Notes under the pieces: generated by a model
What the model was told of the DNA's origin: nothing
Database searches by the model: none
Seen by the model: the letters and a program-made list of their open reading frames with translations, nothing else
Made by a program: the position numbers and the translations under genes
From: Sphyrna mokarran
Taxonomy: Eukaryota
Length of the DNA stretch: 64,000 nucleotides
NCBI GenBank assembly: GCA_024679065.1
Contig: JAGIQG010000016.1
Coordinates: 11,408,001-11,472,000 of the forward strand
Reading direction: 5' to 3'
In this document: piece by piece, positions 51,812 through 64,000 of the stretch
Layout of the letters: each line of letters starts with the position of its first letter
Position numbering within the stretch: position 1 is the first letter of the stretch

Positions 51812-51847
51812 AAATTCGTAAATTAAAGGAAGCATTGGAGAACAAAT
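51812..51847 (+). CDS. 36-nt phase-1 micro-exon EIRKLKEALENK
   Basis: ctctactttacag|AAATTC...ACAAAT|gtacgg; 10 of 12 residues identical to 29712, with mostly synonymous changes. Confidence 0.85.
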
Positions 51848-51920
51848 GTACGGACAATCTTAAGGCTGGTCTAACATATTACTGTTCAAAATTGCAAAAT
51901 TGAACGAATACCACATCTAG

Positions 51921-51947
51921 CAAATCAGAAGAATGCAGGAACATTAG
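51921..51947 (+). CDS. 27-nt phase-1 micro-exon SNQKNAGTL
   Basis: ccacatctag|CAAATC...CATTAG|gtaaaa; 73-nt upstream intron. Confidence 0.65.
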   Translation, partial: QIRRMQEH

Positions 51948-52976
51948 GTAAAATAACTCTAACTAAGTCAGCTTGAGCAAATGTTATCAGTTTCATTAAA
52001 AGAAAACTGCTAAATCTGTGACTAACAGAAACTATCCATATTTGCATGTTGTATAAATATCACTAAAGTTCACTAGCTCCTTATCTTAAATCTATTTGCA
52101 AGATCTTGGACATAAGAATCAAATGTAGTAAACTCTGGTTGTGTGCAGCATTTATCATCAAGGAAATGGTGAAGGAATGACAAAATAACTTCAGAAATTG
52201 TAATTCAAATCCACCTCATTGAGGAAGCCCTACTATGCCACGTTTTCTTCAATAGAACTGTAGAAGATAAGGTGGGGAGGAGCATAGACTTATTTGGATA
52301 TCAAGAAATGCTGAACATTAGCACAATATGATCATTGCATTGTTGCATAGGAATAGGCAGCATTATATACACCAGAGATATTAACCTACTATAGTCTTCA
52401 CCTCAGCTTAACTAACAAGCTGCTATTCATATTTACTTAATCATTGAGAATTCCAGTATTGTTATATTAAATATTATGTCCGTTCTAAGATGGAAGGATA
52501 AAAAAAAAACAGATGATGGAATCACGAACACATTCCTGATAATTTTGTCGAAACTTCCCTCCGATTTGTTTCAAATTAAACGTTTTCTTGTGCTGTGCTT
52601 GCCTCAATTCCTTAACCCAAAATAAAAACATCATCGACTTTGTGACGAGTTTGGCACACGAATTTCAAATGTAGTCCCAATAAAATCCTGTCAAACATTA
52701 GCATCCCGGATATATTTGCCCCACTCGGATGTTCTTCCAAAATTCTAAAATGTCAGTTGCATTTGTTTTTATTTATTCCCATTAATCAAATGGCAACACA
52801 ATCCCTCTTAATTATAACATTTGCACATTTCATGGTCGATAAGATATATATTATATTTATAAACTTACGATCGCAATTATGGAGTTCATAAATCCAAATA
52901 TTACCCTAAGGTGCCAACGTTTTTTGTTCATTCATGTAAGCACTCGATATTCTTTTTCGTTTATTTTATTGTGCAG

Positions 52977-53078
52977 ATATCTCTTGTTGTCAAATGACTA
53001 TCTACACTTATATTTTCAGTCATGAATATAGAGTGTAAAAACTTTCCGTCTGTCATGAATATGCAGAGTAAAAACTGA
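52977..53078 (+). CDS. candidate terminal exon (two possible acceptors, 52977 and 53020)
   Basis: ttttattgtgcag|AT ATC gives DISCCQMTIYTYIFSHEYRV*; tattttcag|TC ATG gives VMNIECKNFPSVMNMQSKN*. Confidence 0.3.
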
Positions 53079-53799
53079 CACCCTGTTACTGATACTTAAG
53101 ACGCATCTTTAGCTGATAACTACCAACTTGAAACTTAATAATTTTCCCTCAGACGTGCTTCCTGGTCTAAAACAACAATTTTCCCATGTTGCTAGAGGCA
53201 ACAAATTCCACGAACGTGCCCGTAAGATATTGTTCAATCATGACTTGGAAGTCATAATTTAGAGCGGATTTTCCTTCTCTTTAATTAGGACCTTGAGTGA
53301 TTCTTTAAAAAAAAATGAAATACACGGTGTACACAGTTTTGTTTTCATAAAATCATGTTGAACTTATTGGATCACATTGGGAATTTGAAAGACATTTATG
53401 CAATCTATTCAATTTAATGTTATAGAATGTTGTGTCATGGGCTCAAAGTCAAGACGTATTTTTTGCAGTTTTCCTCACAAATTTTAGCGAAAGTGCGTGC
53501 ATTGTTTTGAATGAGTCCGCGTGAATATATTATGCACGGAAGCTTGCTGGACACGTGAGCATTCAGTGGGATTCAATTTTGGTGCGACTGAATGCATGTA
53601 TAATTATGTTAAGAGGTAGTGTGGTAAATTTGTGTAACCTTAATGAACAGAAACCGTACTATTTCATAGCAGTCATAAATCTGGTTTGAAATGGATATTC
53701 TCGCCCTCCAGTTCTTACTGAGTTTTTTTTTTATTTTGTTTTTTCACCGTAATCTATACATTTTTTTAATAATTCGTGGGATATGAGTTTCGCTGTTTT

Positions 53800-54015
53800 G
53801 CCATCATTTATTGCCCAAACCTTTTACATTGCTGTGGGTCTGAGTCGCACGCACTCCAGACCAGGTAAGGGCGGCAGATTTCCTTCCCCAGAGGACGTTA
53901 GTGAAACAGATGTCTTTTTTTTTCCCGAGAGCCGGCAATGGGTGCATGGTCATCAGTAGATGAGGTGTTCCAGATATGAGAGAGAGAGAGAGAGAGAGAT
54001 CAAATTCCAACCCTG
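53800..54015 (-). mobile_element. Deu-SINE (SacSINE1-like) fragment
   Basis: ccagaccaggtaagggcggcagatttccttccccagaggacgttagtgaaacagatg...catggtcatc matches the recalled shark Deu-SINE core. Confidence 0.7.
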
Positions 54016-55449
54016 TAAAGTATTCAGAGTTATCATCCATAAATTTATTTTTCACGTTCAACTTAACCAACTTGACTGACTCTTCCTTCACCGTGAGGTC
54101 ACCAACCATGTATTTCTGCCCAGTTGTGTGCATCCTGTGGTAGCTGCTTTGTGTGCACCATAGAACCTGAAAAGACACATTCCAGTATTTTCAACACACT
54201 TACATTTTAACACATACCGTTATCAAATAATCGTTCACTGCATATTTCATGAAAGAAGTAGGCTATGGACATTCAATAATGAATGGCCAGAACACACCAA
54301 TTTGTTTACTTGAAGTATACCTATCAAAAACAAACCTTTTTTTTTATTATTTCCAGTAATTAGACGTTTATTTCTCGTTCAATTAGGTAAATCTGGTAAG
54401 TAAATGGCGGTAAGTGGAATGCAACATCCGTCCTGCTATCGTGGCCCCACAGGTAGTAGCATAAATCCACACAGGGATCCTTTGGTCTCCAGTTACATGT
54501 ACAAATCTTCGTCTGATATAAGGAAGGCAAACAAACGGAACACGTTTTTGTCACGATCGTAGGAAAACGTTGTTCTTGTGTGGAAATGCGTTCACATCCA
54601 TTAATTTCATAAACTTTCAAACAAAGAATACCGTTTTGATTGACAAACTAATCTGTCAATTCTCGCCAGGGCACTGGCATATTCACGAATGTTGTTTTCA
54701 GACATTTAATGACATGACGAGGGCATTTAAAAAAAAACATGAAACATTGTTGTATCAAATTCCTTCATTTGACAAACTTGGCGAACATTGTGTCAGCGAC
54801 CTGATAGAAGCAGACCTGTCCTTCCTCTTCAATTTTAATATTATTGTCAATATTATGACAATCAAATAACTTGAAATACTACGAACAAGTTTAATGTTCG
54901 CACTTGTGTATATATTGGTGTTTCTCCCCTCTTTATTATTTTATCTCATCGAGCTATGTAAAGCTGGCAAAAAAAAAAGAATGGCATATTTAATGTTCGT
55001 CAAGAGCATTGCAAAAGATCAAAGTTCTTAAACGGTGCAACATTTCATCTTTCCAACGCTTAAATTTTCCAGTGAAAACAAAACACAAATCTTGCAGTAT
55101 TTTACTTTTTTTTTTAAATCACGAAATCTGCGATTACAAAAAATAAAATATCATTTCATGTCCATCTTCATTATTCTCAAGTTAACTCGAATGTATGTTG
55201 GCATTTGCTCGCAAAACTCAGCATGCTTATTAAATAGAAATGATTCGCACATGCATACACAAGACATCACAGTGATTGATAGCATCGGGGAGAACAGAAA
55301 AAAAAGAGGGTTAGACATTATAATTACATGTCTCCAAACTCCACCTCTCTCCCATTTATTATGTAAAACGTTGCATTTTTCCTGGTTTCTTAACAGTACA
55401 TAGACATATCAAGTAATTTCAGTGTCAACCTTAATAGTATCTTGCGAAA

Positions 55450-55900
55450 TCTGTTAATTAATAGTCGTACCCCCGTTATATTAAGTACTCTTCACACCAA
55501 CATTATTTAGCCTTACACCCAACAATATGTTTTACGTGCTCTTCGTGCAACCAATTGTAATTATTTTGCCAAATATGCATCTGGTCATTCGTTCCAAGCA
55601 ACAGTGTGACATGGAATTACCACATTGCATTTTATTCATATCGCTGAACTTCCATCTGACTAATATTTACCTCCACGATGTGATTCTGTCTTATGTATCA
55701 TATCAAATGCTTACATTATTCATTGACCAAATTTCTGAAGCATTTCTGGAATTTTGTGTAAGTTTTCTAAGCAACTTACTGTACTTTATAAAGTAAATTC
55801 CGTTACAAGTTCGTCATACGTTGAATACATTATCCGTCGAAAATTAATTTGCAAGCAACATCTAGCATACCTACAAAGAAGGCATACACTCATTCTTCCA
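55450..55900 (-). mobile_element. Degenerate CR1 RT fragment
   Basis: ccacattgcattttattc...aacttccatctg is the reverse complement of a QMxFxxxKCxV-like region. Confidence 0.45.
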
Positions 55901-58603
55901 GCATTTTTCTTTTTTTTTCAAAATTAATTGCGTATTTAATATTTGGTCTCAAATTTTCATCACCCCTTTCAACTCTCAAGTTTCAATTCAAGTTGGAGCT
56001 GTCAAATTATATTATCCCCTGAATCATTGTTTCATTTTGGATGCATGATATCTGCTTTCCGATCATTTTGGCAAATTATGACCAACTCGATTAATAACGC
56101 AGATTGAAAGCTAGATGAAAAAAAACTAAACTATAATTGCATCAATCAGCACTCAACAACGAAGTAGGTTAAAATATCTGAAATGTGCCTGCAAGATTTT
56201 TTTTTTATATTTGGAATACGTTTGAAAGGTCAATGCGATATAATGAAGGGATTCGTACTAATTTACTGTTGCCTGTGTGGGAATGTTTACGGTATTTTTT
56301 TCCCATCTCAGCATAACCTTGGCGGTAATGTTAACAGTTTCAGAGCACGAGACCCATGCAAGTCAGTGAACGGCCACGCGAGACAAATTCAGTCAAATAT
56401 GGAAGTGTGAGGTGTTATGACTGCCGGATCAAAAGGACATTTACAGCGTAGGGATTAAAAATGAGACAATAACGCCATGTGCGCCTTTTGTAACGAATGG
56501 CATTTAAAATTGAAAGCGCAAATTGAGCCCATAAGTTCATTGATGAACTATGCTTAATTTTACATCATTGAGGTGGAAGAAGGAGTGACGAGATGCAAAG
56601 GTTCGCTCAATTTCATGTCTAGTTGAAACTCAAATTGTTTCAGACTCTGCAGCCATTGTCAGAGTCAGTCCCCTAACATATATATGCAATCAATTTAAAT
56701 CTGCTTACGGCTTTAAAAAATGTTTAAACAATCACGAATCTATTAAGACATAGTCTTTTTTTTTATCTAACAAAAAGCTAAAAATTCGGTTCACATTTTA
56801 AGTCATTTGTAGGAAGGGAATGTTTTTTCCTGGCTTGAAGCATTGCCTGACTCATTTTTCTTTGTAACACCAATGTGTTTCTAGATATAAGCAGATTTTG
56901 CACATCATTCACAACGCGCGTTTTCGATATCTTTTTATTCCATTTCCATATGATCCATCTGCCTGTGAAAATATCGTCAGCAGTATTATCATCAGTAATA
57001 GTTCCTCCCAATCCTTAAGGCAATAAGGCGGTGCCCACCGTCATTCTTGCAACATGACTGTGGCTCTGTGATGAAAATCGGCAGGATTTCTCACAATTGA
57101 ATGCATAGTTGTTTTTTTTGTGTGAACAGCAGATGAAACGTACGGAAGAAAGCAACATTCTAACTTACGTTTTATGGCCCGTTTACCAAGTTGAGAATCC
57201 CTTGTATTTCAGAGTTCAAGAGCTTAATGTACCAATTAGCAAAACGTACTATTTCATTAGTTTTTTGCAGCATTTTGATCAGAGGAGAAGTTAGGTTTAA
57301 TTGCAAAGTTATATTTTAATGTCATCTCAATTTTGTTTTGTATGTGTGTTCTCCTTGATGTAATCAATTAAAATCGTATTTCCCACAATATATTTCACTA
57401 TCTGAAGTTATTTTTTTTTTAACATGAGAATTTTACAGTTCCATAATTCGTCCAAAATCATGTCCTTCCAACTGTTCCAGCTATTTTGCGATACAGTGAG
57501 ATAGAGAAGAGCAATTCAGCTTCATGGCAAATTACTTAGAACGCGTATCATTTTAGCAATCATAGCCACGGAACTGGAAAACTATTTTTTAATGAGTGGG
57601 TTGATCACACGCTGCAGGTTGAAAATATAGCGCACAATCAGCATATGTGCCCATTGAACAGTGTGTTGTACATTCTATGTATGCAGATTATTTTCCAATG
57701 TTATATATCCTTTCTATGCAATTTCTGAGATTACGGTTCAAATGATGTCTGCACTGTCTTTTTTAACACCGCTAAATTCAGTAATTGTGATAGGTAGTCA
57801 ACCTTATGCTCTGACATATGGCCTCTGCTAATCTGCAAATGCCATGTGCAACTGCACATCATTTGCTCAAGCATGTTACCTGGTTCTTTCTTCCTAAACA
57901 AAGAAACATGCAATCCACTCGCACAGTGACCAGTTACAAGCAGTACGTATTGTAACTGCACAATGCTAGAGTATCGGAACAATCAGAATGATCTTAATTT
58001 TGCTTCAAGACCGCCTGCAACAGGTTGCGCAGAAGAAATGCATGTTGCATTGTATTCGCCAATTACCGTGCAACGTTGTCAGACATCATTTACCTCGGCC
58101 TATGCCACTCGAATCACGCTGTATGCCATGTGACTATTGCACGTTTTGTGGTGTCTGCAAACAACTGATCTGAATTTAACGTGAGGAGCAATTAATTGAC
58201 TGTGTATTTAAACATGATAGTAAGACAAACTCAAAGGTTCATTATCGTTTGAGCTGCAGGGAAGTGTATTGACACTTGCACTGGCACTGATTTGGCAGTG
58301 ACTCAGGATATGAAGGCAGGTAAAGGTTTTCGTTGTGTATGCGAATGCAGAAGAGAATGGAAAGCGGAATAACATTTGCACGCCAGTTAACTAAAAGAGA
58401 CTGCTGCCGTTAGAACTACAAACTGAATGGCGACTTATGACCAGATTCGGGAGTCCTGTTTTCTAAGATTCATTGCCTGCAGCATTACATCGAATACGAG
58501 ATGATCGTTTTCTCGTTGAGGAATGCAAATGGACTGAAACCTCACGTAGCTTTGTCATCAAAACAAGACTATAAACTTTCTATGAAAACAACAGTCAGAG
58601 AAC

Positions 58604-58621
58604 TGATGATGATGATGATGA

Positions 58622-58654
<33 letters not shown>

Positions 58655-58668
58655 GTGCGTGTGTGTGT
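58604..58668. repeat. (GAT)n followed by (GT)n compound microsatellite
   Basis: Directly visible. Confidence 0.95.
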
Positions 58669-61600
58669 TCTGGGGATACTCGATATGGCATGAATATCGG
58701 AGGCATTACTAGAACAATTATTCACGTTGTAGATGATTTTCTGAGAATAAAACGTGAGATGTGGGTGAAATATGTATGCATATTGGGAAGAATAGCTTTC
58801 CGTCTTATGCTTCCATTTTTGATCATGGAATATAATAGAACAATCATTTCTCGGAGTCAGCTGAATATGATATCATGTATCACCTAATTAAATGTGTGCA
58901 TCATCATACACACATGGGCTGGATTTTCAGTAAAATCGATACACGGGAGAGAAAATTGTCATCATAAGACAACGTCCATTGAGACAGGGAGCATTTTTCA
59001 CATGTTATTCCGAAACGTCACTGGAGAAATTCTAATGCCGATTTATTAAATCATTGTGATAAAATGAGAACATTCTCGAAGGTAAGCAACATCTTGAAAG
59101 GAGTTTTTGTCTGTGTTTGTATAATTACCTGCAGTTTCGTAATATGAAAGCGTCGACAATGGCTGTCGCTAACGCAAAAGATGTGTATTTAAGGGCCTTG
59201 AATCATACTGCATAAATTACCTAATTTGTTGGAAGCGTTTTCTGAATCCGTTACTCAATATTGCCGTGAGATTTGTTTCGCAGGAAGAGGTATTAACAAA
59301 ATTAGGGAGCATTTGATCAGCAATGATCAGACTCATTTATCGCGTTGAACGTACAATAGATCTATTAAGGTCCGCAATTTGTTTAGGAAGCCCAATTTGC
59401 TTAAAAAAAACCTTCCGTTTGGCCATTTCATATCGCGACTTTCGCTTTCCAGTGAAATAGATTTGATACCACGTCCAATGCGGGTGGATCTTAGGAGTAG
59501 TTCTGAAGAGCGAATATTTACTTTTAAAATTGTGTCAATGATTTCTGATGCAAACTTCTGGAGCAAGTACTTTCAAAAATGTTTCCTGGATATAACATAC
59601 GAAGGATACATTCGAAAGCTTCAGTAGCTAAAAGAGTTAAATAATCCGTGAAAATGAACAGACCTTTTGACAATGGAATGGCAAGTTTGTGATCTGTATA
59701 CTGATGATTGCAATCAGATGTTGTGATTGGTTTTGAAATAGCAATGTGCTTACTAAATCCAGTGCCCTACATTAAAAACATGGTCGTCAAAATGTCCACG
59801 TCTAAGTTTAACTTCAACGAAGAAGGTGCATTTCTATTGATTTGAATGAGATTAGGGAAAATTTCAAAACCATTCTTTTTTTTTTAATATGAATTTAAAG
59901 AATGTTATATTTAGGCTGATCTGTAGAAACCAAGGTGTTGAACTCATTTGGAATAATACAGTGGTGTCACAGAACGTTATTGTGTTGCTAATTAATTCTA
60001 ACCACGTTGGGTGGTTAGAACAATTTGAAATCTGCATTTCCCAATTTGGAATCTGATTCTGCGAAGGGTGTGTACTGGTCGCAAAACTTGGTGAGAAATC
60101 GGTGGAAAGTCACGCCCAGAGACAATACTTATTCGGGAGTTTTATTTTGCCCATGCCAATGTCTTTAGGTTAGGCTTACTACAGAAAAACACAATTTCGA
60201 GAATTATCAGCAGACACAATTGTCTGAAGCTTTTGTCATGTGCCAGGCGATATGCTAATCTTTCCGTGACGTACAGCTACGCTTCTGCTAGTTATGACCA
60301 TGATACAGATCTCGAATCCTCAAAATAAAGAATTGCAAATAAAAACTTCACTTGACCTATGACGTGCCCAATGCCGACATAACAGGGAATGAACAGCCAC
60401 TTTTAAAACAGCGCAAAACATTTTGACTGAAAGTAAATATCAAGAACTACATAAAAAAAGGGCAGCAAAAACAAATGGAACTTTTTCTTGGCCGGTAAGC
60501 AAAACAAGTGGCATTCCATAAACATTGGAAGCAGCAATGCGATATTGAAGAAGTGATCAATCTCAAACCGAATGCAAATTATGTTTGACAGTCATTTTAA
60601 ATTCCGAATTTAGGGGTCTGATACGTCTATGCTAATGAAAAATGAGCGGAATTCCGAATGAAATCAACTTAGTCCTAAATAGTTGCATTTTCTAAGTTGA
60701 AAAAATTGTGCAATAATATACATCTAAGTCGTTTTGTATGATGTTATTTTCAACACGTAATAGACTTACTAAATCATGCTTATCAACATTACAGAATCAA
60801 TAGTGTTTTAATGAACCCATAATCGGGAAGAAACTTTTTAGTGACATCATCCATGTATGACCTATTTTTAAAACATGTTTTCATGCATTGAACTCATCTT
60901 TCTTTAATGCAACGTAACGTAAAATGGTAATTAAATAAATTAGGATGAAGAAACAGTTGAACTTATATGTCATTTACATTTTTCGGGTATTTTGTTAACT
61001 CCTATATCATATTTCTCTTTTGCTGAAGGTGGTGGAAGCTGAAATCTGTTTCCTTCATTTTAACTTGAGCTTGAAATTCTCACACCAGTGCTTCCATTGT
61101 TTTGAGACAAATAATTGTGGACGATTTTGCAAATAAAATTACATTCCCTATCGTCTCATGCGGAAACATGTTTCTAAACACGTTGTAACGTTTAACCGAT
61201 TTTTGTTTTTTGTTATGCGGAGAGTAATTCTATTGATATAAAACCATCGAGTTATTTTCATCGTAATGATTAAAGGAACAATCGAGTACCTATCTATTCT
61301 AAGCCCGTTTTCCAGTAGCTGCCCATTTGCATTGTGTGTTACGGCATTTCCAGTGATCATCTCATCATGTTTCAATGTTATGAGTGTTTCTGTCTTGAGC
61401 AGTCTTTGTGGCAACGTGGCCAGATTCTCACCACTGTCGGCGTGAAAATGTTTTGTTTTTCCACACACATCCCATTAACACGTGCAACTCACCCCACGCA
61501 TGCTCCTTATAATGTGATGCATCTCAATTCGCTCCCTTCCCTGCCTCAATACAATGACAGTCATTCAGTAATTATTGTTTACTGAAACGCTCGAGCCCAG

Positions 61601-62213
61601 ACACGATCAAGGTGAATCCGCTGCGCAACCTTCCTTGCAGTATCAGTTCATTCAGCTAATGCAGCGATCAAACCTGCGCACACTACTCCACATATAGCCA
61701 ACCAGCGTTTTTGACATCTCTATCATACCTGTCTGTTCTTATATTCAATACCGAGATTGCGAAATGTCGAGATGTTGTGTCCAATAATGATATAGATTGA
61801 TTGATCAGACTTGTCACGACAATAGTGTACAATTCGCTTCCGACTAACAAATGTTTGACATCATTTCATTCAAGAGGGGTGGCGAAATAACTGTGTCTCA
61901 TTTTAACATGAAATGACTGGAAATTAAATGACAATGATTCTGCCGCTTCTGGAAAATCGAAAACAAACACACCTGAAGTAGGGAAAAGCTGAATGCATTT
62001 TGTGCCTGAAGGGAAAGGGTTAATGAATTTTGTACCTAGACTATATCACAAACATGACCTTTCATCGTGATTGATCTCCTTTAGCTTATATTTTTCCTGG
62101 CATTAATATATGTTATTTGTTCATGTCTTGCATGCAGTAAGTTTCATTCGTTTAAAGACAGATAGTTTAATGTGGCTATTATTTTGTAGACTTTTTTAAA
62201 TCTTACCTATTTG

Positions 62214-62647
62214 TGTTAGTTAGACAACGTTACATAGATGGTAGTTTACGATACTGGCTTTTAACAGCTGCTTATGCCAGGTCGCGATATCGGCTTTTAA
62301 CAGGAGAAGTCCTGCTGGGAGAGCCGCAATCGCACAAGCAACTTCAAAGACAGGGATGCCGGTATCGCTGCAGAAGGGATTTCCTGTGTCCTGACTGCAG
62401 GACTGTAATTCCTGATGAACTGTTGCCTGCATCACGACCCAGAAAGGAAGAAGTGGAGGCCTGGCAGGAATTGAAACTTTGAATCCTGATTCCTGATGGA
62501 GCTCATAATGTATATATGCCCACTTGTATTTGTGTTCTATGAGAAGTCTGGTGAGTCTTAATCGGAGACAGGTTCTCCACGAAGCTGTGGAATAAAAACC
62601 GCTGCATTTTAACTCACTGACTCAGAGGCATTATGTTACCTGCAACA
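62214..62647 (+). mobile_element. Possible solo LTR
   Basis: GC-richer ~430-bp island bounded by TGTT...AACA, AATAAA ~50 bp before the 3' end, internal ggcttttaacag duplication; no TSD seen. Confidence 0.3.
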
Positions 62648-64000
62648 AAACTTCAAGCTGACAATAAAGCAGAAATCGTGAACTTCACAATGACTGCTTC
62701 CAATGTAAGTGCTTCAAGCCCACTGGCATGAAACCATCGCCTCTGCTGAACAAACGGCGTTTTTTTTCCCAGTAAAACGGTCCAGTATCTGTTTTATTTG
62801 TATATGTTTACACTTGTAACTCTTTACTCCTGCAATATGTCTTCAACTTCATTTGTAAAATTTGCTAACATGCATGCCGCATCATTCGACTCAGCATATT
62901 CTACATCTTTTATCTTTAAACGTTTTATACTGTTCACTTCCCATGCTTCCCGATGTAAGCATGAATGTATAATGTGTATTTTTTTTTTTATTTACTAAAA
63001 TACAATCATTTCCCTGAGATAAATTAGCTTTGTTTGTCATTTATATTTTCCGCACAGAAAATAAAAACTAAAAATGCTAACGACTTGCTTTCAATATCAA
63101 ATGCTCATTTGGTGTGGCTTGTCTCATGCCATTTCGTCGAAATGATGGGAACTTATTTTTTGGTGTGGAAACACAAAAAAACTTGGAAGGTTAGCTGCTT
63201 TTTGCATATTAGCATGTCAGAACACTTGCATCAGAAATTTTATGACATACTTTTACAAATTAATCACGAACATGTGCAACATAGGGAAGTTTTACAGCTA
63301 TACTTCCCCCTAAAAAAATCACTATAAGAAAACAACTCAAATTTGAGTAAGGCATTATTCAGAAAGAATGAATGCTGACCACCTACTCACTGAGGTCACA
63401 TCGTTAGTCTTGTTCCTGAAACAAAAGTTAAATATTTTGTAAAGTCAGTCATGTGGTCCATGAATCAATTATATTTCTGAGTTTCTGACACTTTGAAGAA
63501 GACAATTATCAAAGGACGGCACGCTGGTCACTAAAGAACCCTCCATGTAAACACGATATCTATTGTTTCAATTGCTTCAAATTGGTAAATGTATGCATGT
63601 AAAACAAATAAAACAATTACAATGCTATTAAGTTGGAGAAAATACGGCCATAATTTATTCCACGATTAATGCAAAATGTTATATACATATTGTCTCACCT
63701 GACAGCTTTTCGTTATTGTTCTAACGTTTTAAAGTCAACAACGTCACTGCCCACGAGTTGAAGCGGATGTGTGACACTGATATTTCATCTGCGAAGTAAA
63801 TTATAATTTATTTTAGGGCAAATAACGTTGGCCTCCGTACAAAATTCATCACTTTTGTTGACATATTTGCCTCAGTCCGATACATAATATCAGTATGTGA
63901 TCGCCCGTCTTTAGTTGGATGACTATTTTTAAGTGTTTTCAACTTGGTATATAAATCTTCAAAATTCCATATCCACGATGATTTGAAATTAAGAACTTTT

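Noticed and set aside
175-51947. Assigning a gene symbol (butyrophilin, BG, SKINT, CD23, tetherin)
   Set aside because: Only the exon architecture is similar; no Ig, B30.2 or lectin exon is visible in the window
58299-58319. 21-nt phase-1 candidate exon VTQDMKA
   Set aside because: Isolated, weak acceptor tract, no similarity to the exon classes
62213-62482. 89-aa Cys-containing ORF as a zinc-finger exon
   Set aside because: No ATG start, no complete domain pattern, and it lies within the LTR-like island
1091-63327. Remaining 60-130 aa ORFs in the supplied track
   Set aside because: Lengths and composition are as expected by chance, or they derive from SINE/LINE sequence

Overview
Eukaryotic, AT-rich, repeat-dense DNA, most likely from a cartilaginous fish (shark). 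That assignment is inferred from HE1/V-SINE-like and Deu-SINE-like elements, abundant CR1 LINE fragments, and Penelope-like and Rex1-like relics. The ORF track shows no host gene: its ORFs are spurious or retroelement fragments. Reading splice signals by eye reveals a + strand array of about 20 symmetric phase-1 micro-exons of exactly 27 nt (14) or 36 nt (6), spread from 175 to 51947. They splice into an open, Lys/Glu/Leu-rich, coiled-coil-like protein. The array also contains a hydrophobic TM/signal-like exon at 28544-28635 and about six same-length exons with single splice-site or nonsense lesions. This resembles the heptad micro-exon tails of butyrophilin/chicken BG genes and schistosome micro-exon genes, but the family cannot be assigned from this window because no Ig or B30.2 exon is visible. 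Other notable items are a CR1 family whose long 3'UTR carries a headless V-SINE core, and a Penelope-derived palindrome with hammerhead-like cores. All exons are unvalidated predictions and TE boundaries are approximate.
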